From the human T2T-CHM13v2.0 reference genome, Homo sapiens, in NCBI RefSeq assembly GCF_009914755.1, contig NC_060929.1: a DNA stretch of 64,000 nucleotides; one strand, written 5' to 3'. The position numbers and the translations under genes were made by a program. Each line of letters begins with the position of its first letter. Position 1 is the stretch's first letter. Shown one piece after another: positions 1 through 16,447 of this stretch. The notes beneath the pieces are model-generated. The model worked only from the letters and a program-made list of their open reading frames with translations, was not told where the DNA came from and did no database searches.

Positions 1-834
1 GATGGTCACAGTACAACCCATAGTCCAGATGAGATGCACCAAAGCTCAGGGAAGGCATGAGGAGGGAAGGTGGCTCAGTAGCCTGGGGTTGGTGCAGAGC
101 GTCCAGAGAGGCAAGGGCATAAAGCGTGGCAGAAGCTGGGGGCAGGTCCCACACTGTCGCTATGCCCTGCCTGCCTGCCCACAGGCTCTGGCCTGGGCCA
201 CAGCACAGCAGGGAAACTGGTCCAGATCCTTTGCTTTGGAGGCCTTTCCCAGGAAGGTGGGGTAAAGGTGGGATTTGCTCCCTGCTTCCTTAGGAGCAGC
301 TCCCAGTGCCACACCACTAATAATAAATAACCACAGCCAGGAGAGGGAAGAGCAGAGACAACAGCAATGAAAGGAGGGATCTAGCCCAAAGGTTTACAAG
401 CCCCATGCTATTCTCAGGGCCAGAGAAACCACAAAAGAAAAGCACAAATCCAGCAAGACTGACCTAGGGGGGAAAGCCCATTAGAAAGTCAGGGCTGAGA
501 AAAAGCAGGCTGGGCCTTGTCTGAGATGAGGCCCTCTGAGTAACAGAGAGGAGACAGGGTTAAGGCAGCAAACATGGACCCTGCTTTGGTAATACAACAG
601 CCAGGGCTGGCTAAGTCGGGCTCAGGCCTCCCCTGCACTGCCCTTTCCTTCTGGCCTCCAGGCAGCTGAAGCTGTATGTGATGTTGAGAGAGCAGCAGGC
701 CAGAGAGAAAGACAGGGTCAGGGTGGTGGGAGTGGCCACCCCAGAGGAATATCCCCTTGAGCCTTTAGGCACATGCTGCAGGGCAGGACAGTCTGCGGCT
801 CCGCTGAGGAGCTGCCGCGGTCACAGGACCCACA
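1..834 (-). other. DIAPH1: DIAPH1 3' UTR (partial, continues beyond the window start)
   Basis: Follows the TAA at 835-837; no minus-strand AATAAA noticed in this stretch. Confidence 0.9.
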
Positions 835-1053
<219 letters not shown>

Positions 1054-2014
1054 CTACAGCAGATAATCAGCGTAAGCCATGCAGACATGACTACCTTGGC
1101 CACTTCACAGAGGCCCTTACTTTGAAGAAAGGGGCAGAGATCCAGCATGTGGAATATATTGTTGGGTGGCAAAGAATGTAAGAGAGTGTGGTGCAACAGG
1201 AAAGCAAGCCTTGCCCCCTTGCTTCCCTGTGTGAAAACAGCACAAAAGTTTGAACACAGACAGACAGAACTGGGCTGAAGTGTTAGCTATGTGACTTAAG
1301 GAGAGATGAAGTATTCAAAGTCTATTTTCTCGTAATAGGGATGTTGGAATTAAATAGACTAAAGTTTAGTACATAGTATTATTTTTGTTTTCTTGACAGG
1401 TCCCAGGAAACTCCTAGGCCAAAACACTTCTCAGTCAGCCCTGGGAGGGTTGTCCCTAGCAGAAGGCAACCTTCCGTAAGTGGCTGGAGAGACTCCCGCA
1501 AAGAGGAACAGCAGCCACGCACTGACACCGCACTCCCACGTGTTCCTCCAACAACAGATGCCCACATGCCTTAGCTCTTTCCCACCCCTTCAAAGGTAGC
1601 AGCCGTAATACAAATGCCAAGGGCCCTACAAGGTGTGTAGAGTATGTGGGGGTGGCATGGCGGGGGGGAGGTAGTAATAAAAACTATGCCAGGGAAGCAG
1701 AACTGGGATAAAGATGGACAGGAGAGGACCCCTACCAAGAAATCTCAGCCCAGGTGGCTAAGAGATGGTCAAGTTCCGGCTGTCATACCAGATTAGAAAA
1801 GAAGAACCAAATCAATCCACGAGTTTCTGTTCTAACTGCTGGGTTTCATCCCCAAGACTCTCATATTCATTTATGGTATCTAGGCTTATGGCCCCAGTAT
1901 CTGCAGCAGGAAGGCCACTCCTTGAGACCATGCCCATCTCATGATGTTTCCTCCTCCCATGCCCCAGAACAGCACAGAGCAACTGTGTATACACAAACAG
2001 CTGTCTGGGACGAA

Positions 2015-2315
2015 AGAAGCCTGACACGAAAGGCCATATGTTATGGGTCAGCTTCTGCGAAATGTCCAGCACAGGCAAACCCAGAGATAGAAAATAGACT
2101 GGTGGTTGCCAGAGGCAAGGGGAGGGGAGAATCAGTAGTGACTGCTAATGGGGATTATGAAGTTTTTCTTCTGGGGATGATGAAACGTCCTGGAATTAGA
2201 TAGTAATGGTTATACAATCTTGTGGATATTCTAAAACCCCTGAATTATACATTTTTAAAAGGTGAATTTTAGGTATGTAAATGATAGCTCAATTGGAAAA
2301 AAAAAAAAAAAAAAA
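2015..2315 (+). mobile_element. Old L1M 3'-end fragment with A-tail
   Basis: Typical L1M 3' UTR phrases (atagaaaatagactggtggttgccagagg; ggtgaattttaggtatgtaaat). Confidence 0.7.
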
Positions 2316-2481
2316 GACTTCCTGGAGATCTGGGAAAGCTGGAGTGGAGAAAGCAGTACCGGAATGTTTTAGAAGCAGGACCAGATGAAAGAGCCGAGCA
2401 CTCCTAAATAAAGACCAAGACTGGGGCAGCTGCATGACTGGAATGAAGCGCCTTTTTGGACCAGCAAAAAGCTTTAGGTAG

Positions 2482-2803
<322 letters not shown>

Positions 2804-2925
2804 AAAGCCCAAGTCTTAACCAGGTCTTCTCTCCCTGCAGAGCCATGACCCAGAGCTACTGTTTTCATCCCAGGAGAGGCTGCCCATAGATCAAGCAGGG
2901 AACACGCAGCATGCACACAGGTTAC

Positions 2926-2978
2926 CAATTTAAAGGTCTCCTCCTCCTCCTCTACTTCCCAGGGGCACAAGAGGTTGT
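2926..2978 (-). CDS. Candidate alternative cassette exon in intron 27, (D)NLLCPWEVEEEEETFKL
   Basis: Pyrimidine-rich acceptor ttctttctcctcttggtag|, open in phase 1, donor TTG|gtaacc; no transcript evidence available here. Confidence 0.45.
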
Positions 2979-4291
2979 CTACCAAGAGGAGAAAGAATAG
3001 TGAAGACCCTGACTGACAACCACAGGACTTATCTAGTTACAGATCATAGGTATGTGCCCGAGACTGTGGGATTTTCACAAAACCATTTATTGGATTATGA
3101 ACATAAACTAATGCCCCGTGACTGAGACAAGTGAGGAAAAGGAGCCTACGTGAGTGTGACTATGATGGTCTACATGTGTGCATTTCTCATACTGTCCTTA
3201 CCACCAAAATCTTCCTCAGGCCTCCTACATTTCCACTCTCTTCTGAAGTACTCCCTCTCTAGACCCCATTTCTCATATCCAGAAGGGTAGTAGTTTCCTA
3301 TCATTTTATTATTTCTTTGAATTCAGTCTCCAACAGTTGAGAAGACACTGCGACTCTGTGCATGTGTGTGTGTGTGTGTAACTCTAGTGGTATATATATG
3401 TTGAAATAACATCTGACTCCAGACCTTGGGAAAAGAACACTGGGCCACTTGTCCTGGGCAACACAGGAGAAGGCAGAGGTCCCATGTGGTAGGTCTTTAG
3501 CTGCTGCTTTCTGTGGTTTCTTCCTCCAAAATAAGAAGATACCAGTTGTACCTAACCAAGTGGTGTTTCTAGACTTTTCTGGACTCAAGAAGCTTCTGAT
3601 GTATTACAAACTTCATAAGAACCAGGAGCAGAGAGTAGGTAGGGAGAAGATCAAAATTTCCCTTTTAAGCCTTGAAAGCCTATACACCAGGGAGGGTGTG
3701 ATTTGGCCTAAGGTCAGGGGATGAGAAAGCTCTTGTTGGAACAGGTCTCCCAGCTTTCCACTCACTCACCATTATGCTCAGCAGGTTGAACAGTCAAGAA
3801 AAACTGACCTCCCCATGCTTCCCCCAACTTACTCACTTGTTATTAGACTATTGAAAAGTAGCCATAGAACCAGATAAATATTTTGACTACAAGAGAACAG
3901 TCCCACAGGCTGTGTGGGAAAAGGGAACAATGTTGAGATACTGGTGAATGCTCTCTGAGGACAGATTCCTAGAAGTTAGGGGTGGGCTAGGATAAAAACA
4001 CCAGCAAAATCAACCATATAACGCAAGTTTTAAAAAGGTTAGTGATTTGAAAAAAGACCTTTATAAAACGTAGGCTAGGAACTATTACTAAAGAGGAAGT
4101 GCTCTTGTTAATACATTAAGCTTCCTTAGGGAAGAGGAAACTAGGACAGATGGGGCAATCATCATCACACTAAATAACTCATTCTTGTCTCAAACTCTCC
4201 TAATTATGTTTCTTGTCCTATTTACAAAAGTAGGGGGGAGAATAAGCAGTGGTACAGGAAATATTCTTAGCAACCTTCTCTAGATAGGAGG

Positions 4292-4665
4292 TGATATGGT
4301 TTGGATGTATGACCCCTCCAAACCTCATGCTGAAATGTGGACTACAATGTTGGAGGTGGGGCCTAGTGGGAGGCACTTGGGTCATGGGGTGGATCCCTTA
4401 TGAGTGGCTTGGTGCCCTCCCCACAGTAATGAGCTCATACAAGCACTGGTTGTTTAAAAGAGCCTGGCATCTCTCTAGCTCCCACTTCCGCCTTGTGATA
4501 CACCTTCTCCCCCCTTGATTGGAAGCTTCCTGAGGCCTCAACAGCAGATGCTGGCGCCATGCTTTCTCTACAGTCTGCAGAACTGTCAGCCAAATAAACC
4601 CCTTTTCTTTATAAATTACCCAGTCTCCAGTATTTCTTTATAATAATACAAAATAGACTAACACA
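4292..4665 (+). mobile_element. MaLR solo LTR (MST-like)
   Basis: tgatatggtttgg...aataaacc...gactaacaca; TG..CA ends; flanks ggagg/ggtgg resemble a 5-bp TSD. Confidence 0.85.
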
Positions 4666-4879
4666 GGTGGTCATGAGAGCACCTTCCTGAAGCAATGTCA
4701 TTATGTCCGACTCTCCTTGCTGGAAGGTATGAAAGAATATTTCCGGCCCATACTGTGGGTTCACTGCTGTCTCCTGTTCAATCACGCAGGCTGAGGGGAA
4801 ACAGGCCTGGACTTGGAGTCACAAAAGTGGGCTACAGTGCTCTGTCATTAGCCATGTAGACCTGGGCAAGACTTTATCT

Positions 4880-5090
4880 GTTTTTTATTTTTATTTTTTT
4901 GAGATGGAGTCTCATTCTGTCACCCAGGCTGAAGTGCAGTGGCGCAATCTCGGCTCACTGCAAGCTCCGCCTCCTGGGTTCATGCCATTCTCCTGCCTCA
5001 GCCTCCTGAGTAGCTGGGACTACAGGTGCCTGCCACCACGCCCGGCTAATTTTTTGTATTTTTGGTAGAGACAGAGTTTCACCGTGTTAG
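4880..5090 (-). mobile_element. 5'-truncated AluY-like
   Basis: gcaagctccgcc and gccattctcc Y-type diagnostics. Confidence 0.88.
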
Positions 5091-5450
5091 TCACCTTATC
5101 TGGTTTTAATCCCTTTCCCTATGAGAAGGTTAGATACTAATCACTGGAAGTCTTTAGAGTCTTTCCAACTCTATGGTTCTGTTAGATGGATGGAGCTTAT
5201 AGGGAAGCTGGGAAATGGTAGAGGGAAGGAAAGGAAGAGTTGAATTTCTTTCTTCCCTTGGCTTTTATCCCAGTGAGCAAATGACTTGTATACAAGAGGC
5301 CACAATTCAGACATGGAGATAAAGTTGAGTCATTAAAACCACAAGCTGACTCAATCATGGGCCTGAAATAGCAGCTGTAATACAATCACATGGATTCTTC
5401 CCCTTGACACTCCAACCATTGTTCTCCCACACCCTGCGGATCACAGGAGT

Positions 5451-5578
5451 TTACATGTTGCTTTTAATGAACCAAGCCTGATAGTAACTCTCCTCTTCCA
5501 ACTCCTCAATGAGTCTTTGTATACTGGTCACTCCCCCAGGTCTCCAGAGACCGGAAGAATTTAACATTCCTTTAAATT
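5451..5578 (-). CDS. Candidate alternative terminal exon in intron 27, (E)FKGMLNSS...WFIKSNM*
   Basis: Acceptor ctttttccctag|AA, open for 42 residues in phase 1; no transcript evidence available here. Confidence 0.45.
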
Positions 5579-5854
5579 CTAGGGAAAAAGCTAGTGTCTT
5601 TGAATAGGGACAGCTGCCTCTCTGGAAAAAAGGAGGGCTATGAGGCAGATATGTTCCACAGTGCCTCTGTTTTTTTAGCTCAAAGCAATCAGCCAAGAGG
5701 AATAGTCAGAGACAGCCAGGCAAGGGGTGGAACAGCCAAATTCAGTAGCTGCATAGAGAAACCTATAGCCAGTGGAGCCTTTGTATTTTGAGAATGGGGC
5801 CATCTAAGTCCAGCCTCTCTCTCCTCTTAATCCTGTTGTCACTGCACAAAAAAA

Positions 5855-6010
5855 ATATTAGAGCTGGAAGGGACCCTGCAGACCATTCATTCTAGTCCAA
5901 CTCTCATTTTATACCTGAGGAACTGAGTCCCAGAAACATTAAGTGACTTGCTTAGGATAACACAGACAGCATCAGAACTAGATGTGACTTTAGGTCTTTT
6001 GATCCCTACC
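5855..6010. mobile_element. MIR fragment
   Basis: cattttatacctgaggaactgag...aagtgacttgc resembles the MIR core. Confidence 0.6.
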
Positions 6011-8119
6011 TAGCCCTGTGTTCTTTGTAATCTACTCTGATGGCTATCCTCCTGTTTAATGTGAGACCGCATCACATCACTTTACATGATGTGAATGCAC
6101 CAGGGTCTAAAGAGTTACCAGAATAACTACAAATGTCTCCCTTGAGATTCTCCCAGATATATTCAAGTGTATTTAGTGGACCCAGAGCCTAGAAAGATAA
6201 GCTTATAGGCTAGAGCCACTTAAAATATATGTAATTGTCATTTCACCTACTTTCCAATTTAGTATCTCCTAGTATAAGTCTCCTCCTATTCCCTCTTGCA
6301 TGGGAGAGAGTACTTTGACTAATTCAGGTCCTCTGCTGGAAGGTTAGTTTCCAACAAAATTCCTCCTTCCTCCACCTGTGAGTTCTGATTTTCTACTTGG
6401 AAAGAAGTGAAGAATGGGGCTTCCCCAGCAGAGGGAAGCCACTGATGTCTGGCTACCTGTGGACAGGAAGCATCTGGGATTCTAGTATAGTTCCACAGGA
6501 AGAGGCTTAAAAGGGAATTCCCCACCAAAAGTCTGATGCAGGCACTTAGCCGACGGGGTCAAAAAAAAAAAAAAAAAAAACAATAAGATGCAATGTATTT
6601 TTGTAAGGCTAGAAATGCTTAATGTTAAGGCCACATCACCTTGTGTGGTCAGTAGGAAATAATGTTGTAAGAACCTATAAAGACAAAATACAGGAGTAAT
6701 AGTACCTCTAGCTGTACTCTCCTTGCAAACACCTATCTATAAGACTAAATGCTCGAGCCCAGAGAGTACTCAGCTCTTCATATCCACTTCTCCCCACGCT
6801 TTAGAAAGCCTGTACTCAGAGAATGCCAGAAAATGGGTAAGAACTTTGACTCGGGAGCTTTCAGTTTGGGGAACATTCTGAAGTCATACAAGAGAACCCT
6901 CAGAAGGGAGTATCACTCTGGTTATTCAGAGTATAGGTAGAAATGGGCAGCCAGCCATTACAGATGAAACTCACAGTGATGGCTGTTGTTGGGCCAGAAT
7001 ACTGAGTTTACATAGGCTAGCATGCTCTAAGGTCCCCCTTTCCAGGCTGTGGCAGGTACTACAGGCCCTACAGATACCACTGTATTAATAGCTAAGCACT
7101 GGCCAAAGCAAGCTGTGTTAACTCCTTCTGTTTACAATAATCTCAAAGTATAACTATCAAATGGGCCTACACAATGCAACAGCCAGGAAACAGGGAACAT
7201 AGATTTAAGTCCCTCTGAAGTAGAAACCTCTAATGATGCCTTTTTTTGTAATTCCCACTCTTCAAATTAGTAAAGAAGCCACCACTCCTAGCCTCAAAAG
7301 ACCTTCACTAGACACGATAGTGCAGGTCAACTCCACATGAGGGGCAGACTTGCCTATACCTTCCTTTGAATTAGTCTCTTGGCCACTGTAAGCTTCCCTG
7401 AAAGGGAACTTATTCATTAATCTTTTCCCATACTAATGCCTGGATCACTTGTCCTAGCTCCATAATTCTTTTTAGAATCTCTAGCTCAATGTAATCCACT
7501 TAGATCTTCCAAAGGACATGAAAGGAGATTGCAGGGCAGTGATGGGGAAGGCAAGGGCAATAGAGGCTAACTGCACTCAAGGAAAAGGTAGTTTTCAGAC
7601 ACGGCATAATCCTTCAACTGAGATGCTCCTCTATATTTTTCTATCTGGGAATAATGATGCCTAAACCTGTCTACAAAATTTTATACTTTCTATTATTAGT
7701 TCTCTCTACGTATGTCTTCTGCTTGTGAAGTCCAGAGTAAGGACTCTGACTTATTTTTTCTTTGAATTTCAATCTATATCTAATATACATTTTGTATTTA
7801 GATCAACTTTTGTTCATACACACAAATGCCAACTCAAATCCCTGGGTCCTGCAGCTCAGTTCCTTTGTTCCAAATATCTGCTTCAAGAGTGGGGAGAAAT
7901 GCGGCATAATCCAATGTAACTGATTTATTGCCAGTCCCTTAAACCCCAGTTTTCTAAGTCGCTACTCTGTAACATGGGAAGAAGAGGACTAGATAATCCG
8001 TTCTGGATGCAGGGACTAAAAAGATGCTTAGAGCATCATTATTTGCTCTTTAGCCGCAGACTGGCAGGAGTAGAGAGCCCTCACCCCCTTCGACACCCAG
8101 GATGAGCTCCATGTGCTTA

Positions 8120-8245
<126 letters not shown>

Positions 8246-8775
8246 TCAGCCAGAGCAGCATGGCAAATATCAAGCCCCACACAAAATGAATGGCTATTGC
8301 TTGATTTCCCCTCTCCCACAGCAGCTGGCAGCTAAGAAGAGGCAAAGAGAGCTCAGCCTTAAGTCTCACACGCTCATGTTTACTTGTATCTGCTAAAAAA
8401 TGGTTAAAACAAAAGATCTCATTGCCTATTATCCAATGCAGACCTTGGGATATTTTCCCGCAATGCCATCCTCCCCACCCCAATCAGGACTAGCAACAAA
8501 ATTATACAACTGCCCAACTCCAAGACCAGGATAAGTAGAGACTACGATTGTGAAATTACTAAGCAACTATATCACTCCCTTTTATCCTAAAGTGTTTTGC
8601 CTGGTTAGGTTTCAGAGCAGGGCCGAGGAAAGACCACTGATCAAAGAGTGCACTTTCCTGAAGTACTGCCTCCAGTGGCTAAGTCTTCCTGATGTCTAAG
8701 TCCTCTGCATCTAAGAGGAGCAGCCTGGCTGGAATACAAAGAGTTAATGTAGAATCCTTGTTCTAGCCTGGCTCG

Positions 8776-8789
8776 GTTTCCATGACAAC
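8776..8789. promoter_or_regulatory. RFX X-box GTTTCCATGACAAC
   Basis: Matches the GTYNCCATRRCAAC-type X-box consensus. Confidence 0.6.
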
Positions 8790-8873
8790 AGCTTAGGATA
8801 GTGAAATCTGAAACTGTGAAATCCCAAAAAGTCCATAGGCTGCCAGATCCAAGGCTGGGGCTCACTGCTCCCA

Positions 8874-8887
8874 GCGCCACCTGCTGG
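8874..8887 (-). promoter_or_regulatory. CTCF motif CCAGCAGGTGGCGC
   Basis: Full match to CCASYAGRKGGCRS, with an upstream TGCA module-like sequence. Confidence 0.8.
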
Positions 8888-10011
8888 CTGAGCATCACCA
8901 GTGCAGCTGACCTACATTCCACCCTCATTTGCTTGACCCGGGTACTGGAAACTGGGCAAGGTCCATTACGCCACCTGTTGACCGTGTGCAGCCCTCATCC
9001 CACATGTCAGCGGGACTCCACCTTCCCCCACTGCATCCTAGCCAGTACCTGGGGACAAACCCTGGAGTCCCAGGGGAAGGTGAAGGATACTTGGTGTGGG
9101 CTTTAATAGCATTACGAAGTTGTGGCTTACAACTAAGGGCAAGGAAATTGCTTTACAGAAAAGTATAAAAAGTCCCTGGTAGCAAGAGGTATCAGAGCAG
9201 CCCTTGTGCCTGTGCTCTGTAAAATACTGATTCCTAACAAACTCAGCAGCTCTGTGAACACCTCTTCATTTGCAGAAGGTTTGTGGCCCCTCAGGTTTAG
9301 AGGAGGGTGGCATGGGCTCAGTGCTGTGTGAGCAGTGTATGCTGTATTTCCGCTGCCCACAGAGAGAGCAGTGGGGGCGAAGGGGTAGGGAATCTGCAGC
9401 AAGAAAGAAGCAGAGACAGGAAACAGAGGGCCAGTAATTGAAACCATATGTTTCAACAAAGACATGCTTCTGGTAGTGAAACAGAGATTCTGCTGAAGAA
9501 AGAAGAGGGTGACCGGCTCCCCACCCGCTCCAAAAGTTCAATCCATTTAAAATCTAATTGTGCATACAACTGTGCTAAGGTACTAGGGACATAGTACTTT
9601 GTGAAATAAGCAGAAAGGGAAGACACGCCACAATTAAAAGATGGGAGGAGCGTCAGGAAAATATTTTACAGAAAAAAACCCGAAAGATTTAGTGGAGGGA
9701 ATGAGAACAGGCCAGAGGAACCTTTGGATGGACAGAAGGAAAACAGTATATATCACAGCAATACCACAATCACAGGGGAATGAGAGAGAATGCAAGAGCG
9801 AGCAAAGGAGAGAAAAGGTAATAGTTTAACCAGGGCAAGTTGGAATGCGCATGTATCAGAATTGGGGTTAAAGTCCGGCATCAGGATCTCGGAGTGAAGA
9901 CTGCCAAAAATCATTTGCCAGGAGGTGAGCTCAGACATGAGACTCTGCCTCTAGACTCTAGGCAGAGAAGTCTTCCCAACATTCCTATCTCAGCCCATCA
10001 ACCCGTCTTCA

Positions 10012-10497
<486 letters not shown>

Positions 10498-10661
10498 CTA
10501 GCCCAAGGAATTACTCAAAGATGAGTACTGGCATGCAAAGGGATGTTCAATACAGCACTGTTTATAACAGCAAAAACCAAAGCCATGTAGGTACCCCTAA
10601 ATAGGGGAATAGTAAACCATGAACTATGGTACACCTATAAAAAAAGAAGGTGGCAGTTTAA

Positions 10662-10914
<253 letters not shown>

Positions 10915-11192
10915 AAAAGGAGGTTTTCTATAAATACTATTATGGAAACATGGCCAAGACATATGTGCAAAACACAATACAATGCAGTTTTTGTTTAAAA
11001 TAAATGTATGAGGTGCAAATCAGAATAAAGTCCAGTGGCAGTGGTTACCTCTGGGGAGGGGAAAGAGAGGGAAGCATGTGTGAGCGTGTGTAGTGGAGAC
11101 GGGGTACAGGCAGGGGAGTTGGTGGGACTTTTATGGTTGATCTGCATGGTGTGCTTCTACTCCACAACAATGGAATGCTCTCAGGAACTATG

Positions 11193-11422
11193 CAGCCTGG
11201 GCAACAAAGTGAGACCCCATCTCTAAAGAAAAAAAGGTTACAAAAAGTTTAGCAGGGCCTGGTGGCACATGCCTGTAGTCCCAGCTACCAAGGAGGCTGA
11301 GGGGGTAAGGATCGTTTGAGTCCAAGAGGTCAAGGCTGCAGTGAGGCGTGATGGCACCACTGCACTCCAGCCTGGGTGACACAGAGAGAGCCTGTCTCAA
11401 AATACTAACAAACCCAAAAAAC
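11193..11422 (+). mobile_element. Alu (J-like), truncated
   Basis: Forward Alu, right arm plus part of the left arm. Confidence 0.88.
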
Positions 11423-11480
11423 TATGTATTTAAAGAAAAAGAGTTTTTTAAGAGAAAAAAATTGCATACTGCCCTATCTA

Positions 11481-11756
<276 letters not shown>

Positions 11757-12325
11757 TTAGTTTCACCTTTCAGAGCATAGCTTCAGTCTATACACACATT
11801 CTGGTACTTAATAATTTTAGTTCCTTATGTACTTTAGTTGTGTCACATACTTAAGTTTTCATCTTTCCAGTGAAACTATAAATTATTTGATCATTGAACC
11901 TCCAGCCTTCACAAGGTATGCAGTACTAGGAACAGAAGAGAGACTTCATTTAATTTAACATGAATCTATGAAATCCCCTGAGATCTTGGTCTCATTTATT
12001 TTAGAGAACAGGGTTTGGGAGGAAGGAGATATACATAGAAATATAGAGGCGGGGGCAGAAATCTGTTCCAATTTCCAGTGAATGCTGCTTTTTCTTTGTC
12101 TAGTTCCAGGACAGTGAGGCCTAATTTTTGTTAATGTAGTCTATGTTTTCTTAATGAAAAGAACTATTAACCTAGACTAAAAACACCTGCCTTTCTAGCT
12201 GTTTTTTGGTGTTTGGTGTTTCCTTAGGAAGAGAAAGAGTGCTTCCTATTTCTACACATAAAGATCTCTCCTCAGCCATACGCTCTGCCCTTGTGACTTA
12301 GGCACCATGCCTAAATCCTATCTCA

Positions 12326-12924
<599 letters not shown>

Positions 12925-13043
12925 CTAGTAAAGAACACAAGCAGTTCCATTACAGTCAAAAGAGGGGGAAGTCAGAAAAAGATACACGCTTGAGCCTCCT
13001 ATGGGAGGATCACAGCTCCAGAGCAGGGAGAAGAGAGAGATTA

Positions 13044-13277
<234 letters not shown>

Positions 13278-13513
13278 TCAGCTGGAGGGGAATTCGCTAA
13301 CAACTCAAGCCTAAACAACTTTTACTCTGTTGTCAGTCCCACACTCTGCTCAAGGACCATACAGAAAGAAACATATGGTGGGAGAAGAGAGGCAGCTACT
13401 GAGATGGGGGTACTTTTGCAAAATATACCAGAAGTAATCTGACCACCAGAGAAAAGGCAGTTTCTCAAAGCCAGCATTCATAAGTCAGCAATGCTGGAGG
13501 AGGATCCTCTTCA

Positions 13514-14092
<579 letters not shown>

Positions 14093-15298
14093 TCACCCCA
14101 CTCTACTTTAGTTCCCCACTCTCAGGACGTGATCCTCAAAGCTGCCTTGACCTTAAACCACCATATCCTATTCCCTAACAAATACATCCTGTTTTTTCAA
14201 CTCTCCCTTTCTAATCTCTCACTTGACTCTTCAGCCTTATCAGGACCTCTCTTTCCAGTCTCCTGACCATTCTGTTTTCACTGATATATCAGTTCCACTC
14301 TGCCTTTCCTATTTCATTAGGAGCCTCTAAACCATCAGTTCATTTGCTCTCTACTATGACTCCCATTAGTATTATTACTCCTACTATTACCTTTCTTTTG
14401 CTTCCTTCTCCTTCTGGGTCCCTGGTCAGTCTAGCCATTTCATTTCTCTACTCTGACACCTAGGCTGATGCGGACTGGAGTCTATGAATTTGCAGTAGCA
14501 CCAATGATAACTGGGGCCTCCGCGCTGTTAGCAATTCTCTTTGTGTGTCCCAATTCCACTTTCTCCCACCCTTCTTGGCAGGTCCTCCAACATATTCCCA
14601 CTTTCCCCACTGCCCCACCACTTCCCCATTTGTTCCAGGAAGACCCTGCTCCTCTTCACTGAGAAAAATCAAAGCCGCTGGTCAAATTACTTGCTCAGCT
14701 TTCTCTTATCCTACTTAAAAATAAAGCACTAGGGCTCTTGGTTAGAGCCAGACTAGAAAAGACTCAGATAAGCCTTTTGGAATCGCCTAGAAGAAAACTA
14801 TACCAACATTTTCGTAAGCTTATAGGAGGCATGTGTTCATATATTTACGTCTAAGTATATATACTCCCATGTACTCATCCTTTCCTCATGTGTCAACAGA
14901 AGAGGCAGCCCCACAGACCTTTCCCTTCATCATATATACATAATCAAGTTTTTTAAATCTTACTCAATGTTCCTCTCTAAATTACCAGTTTCTCTTTCTT
15001 TCACTTTATAGCAATCTAAACTAGCCTATTCTCTCTCACTTCCACGACTCTGATTTATTCCATAACCACAAAGCCAATGAAAAGATGGCAGCCACTTAGA
15101 GAATATACTTTAAGTAAGACACCAACCTGCTACCTCTCACATCCACCTCCCCGAAAAGACAATCTGTTCCTGCTGAATTTTCCTATTTCAGTAAATGGTA
15201 CCACTTTCCGCAGAGTGACCTAAACCTCAAAGCACCTTCTCCTTTATCCCAAGTCAATCACTAAATTCCATTAATTTTACCTTCTCTCTCTCTCTCTC

Positions 15299-16447
<1,149 letters not shown>

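Noticed and set aside
322-327. AATAAA on the plus strand in the UTR
   Set aside because: Wrong strand for DIAPH1 polyadenylation.
3301-3610. Other possible intron 27 exons (ORF 3301-3588; AAG acceptor near 3611)
   Set aside because: The in-frame AG near 3552 lacks a pyrimidine tract, and the 3611 acceptor stops after 8 codons with no clear donor.
6561-6580. Isolated A20 run
   Set aside because: No recognisable retroposon body or TSD.
8666-8680. CTCF-like CCACTGGAGGCAG (also 5614-5626)
   Set aside because: One base short of the core spacing.
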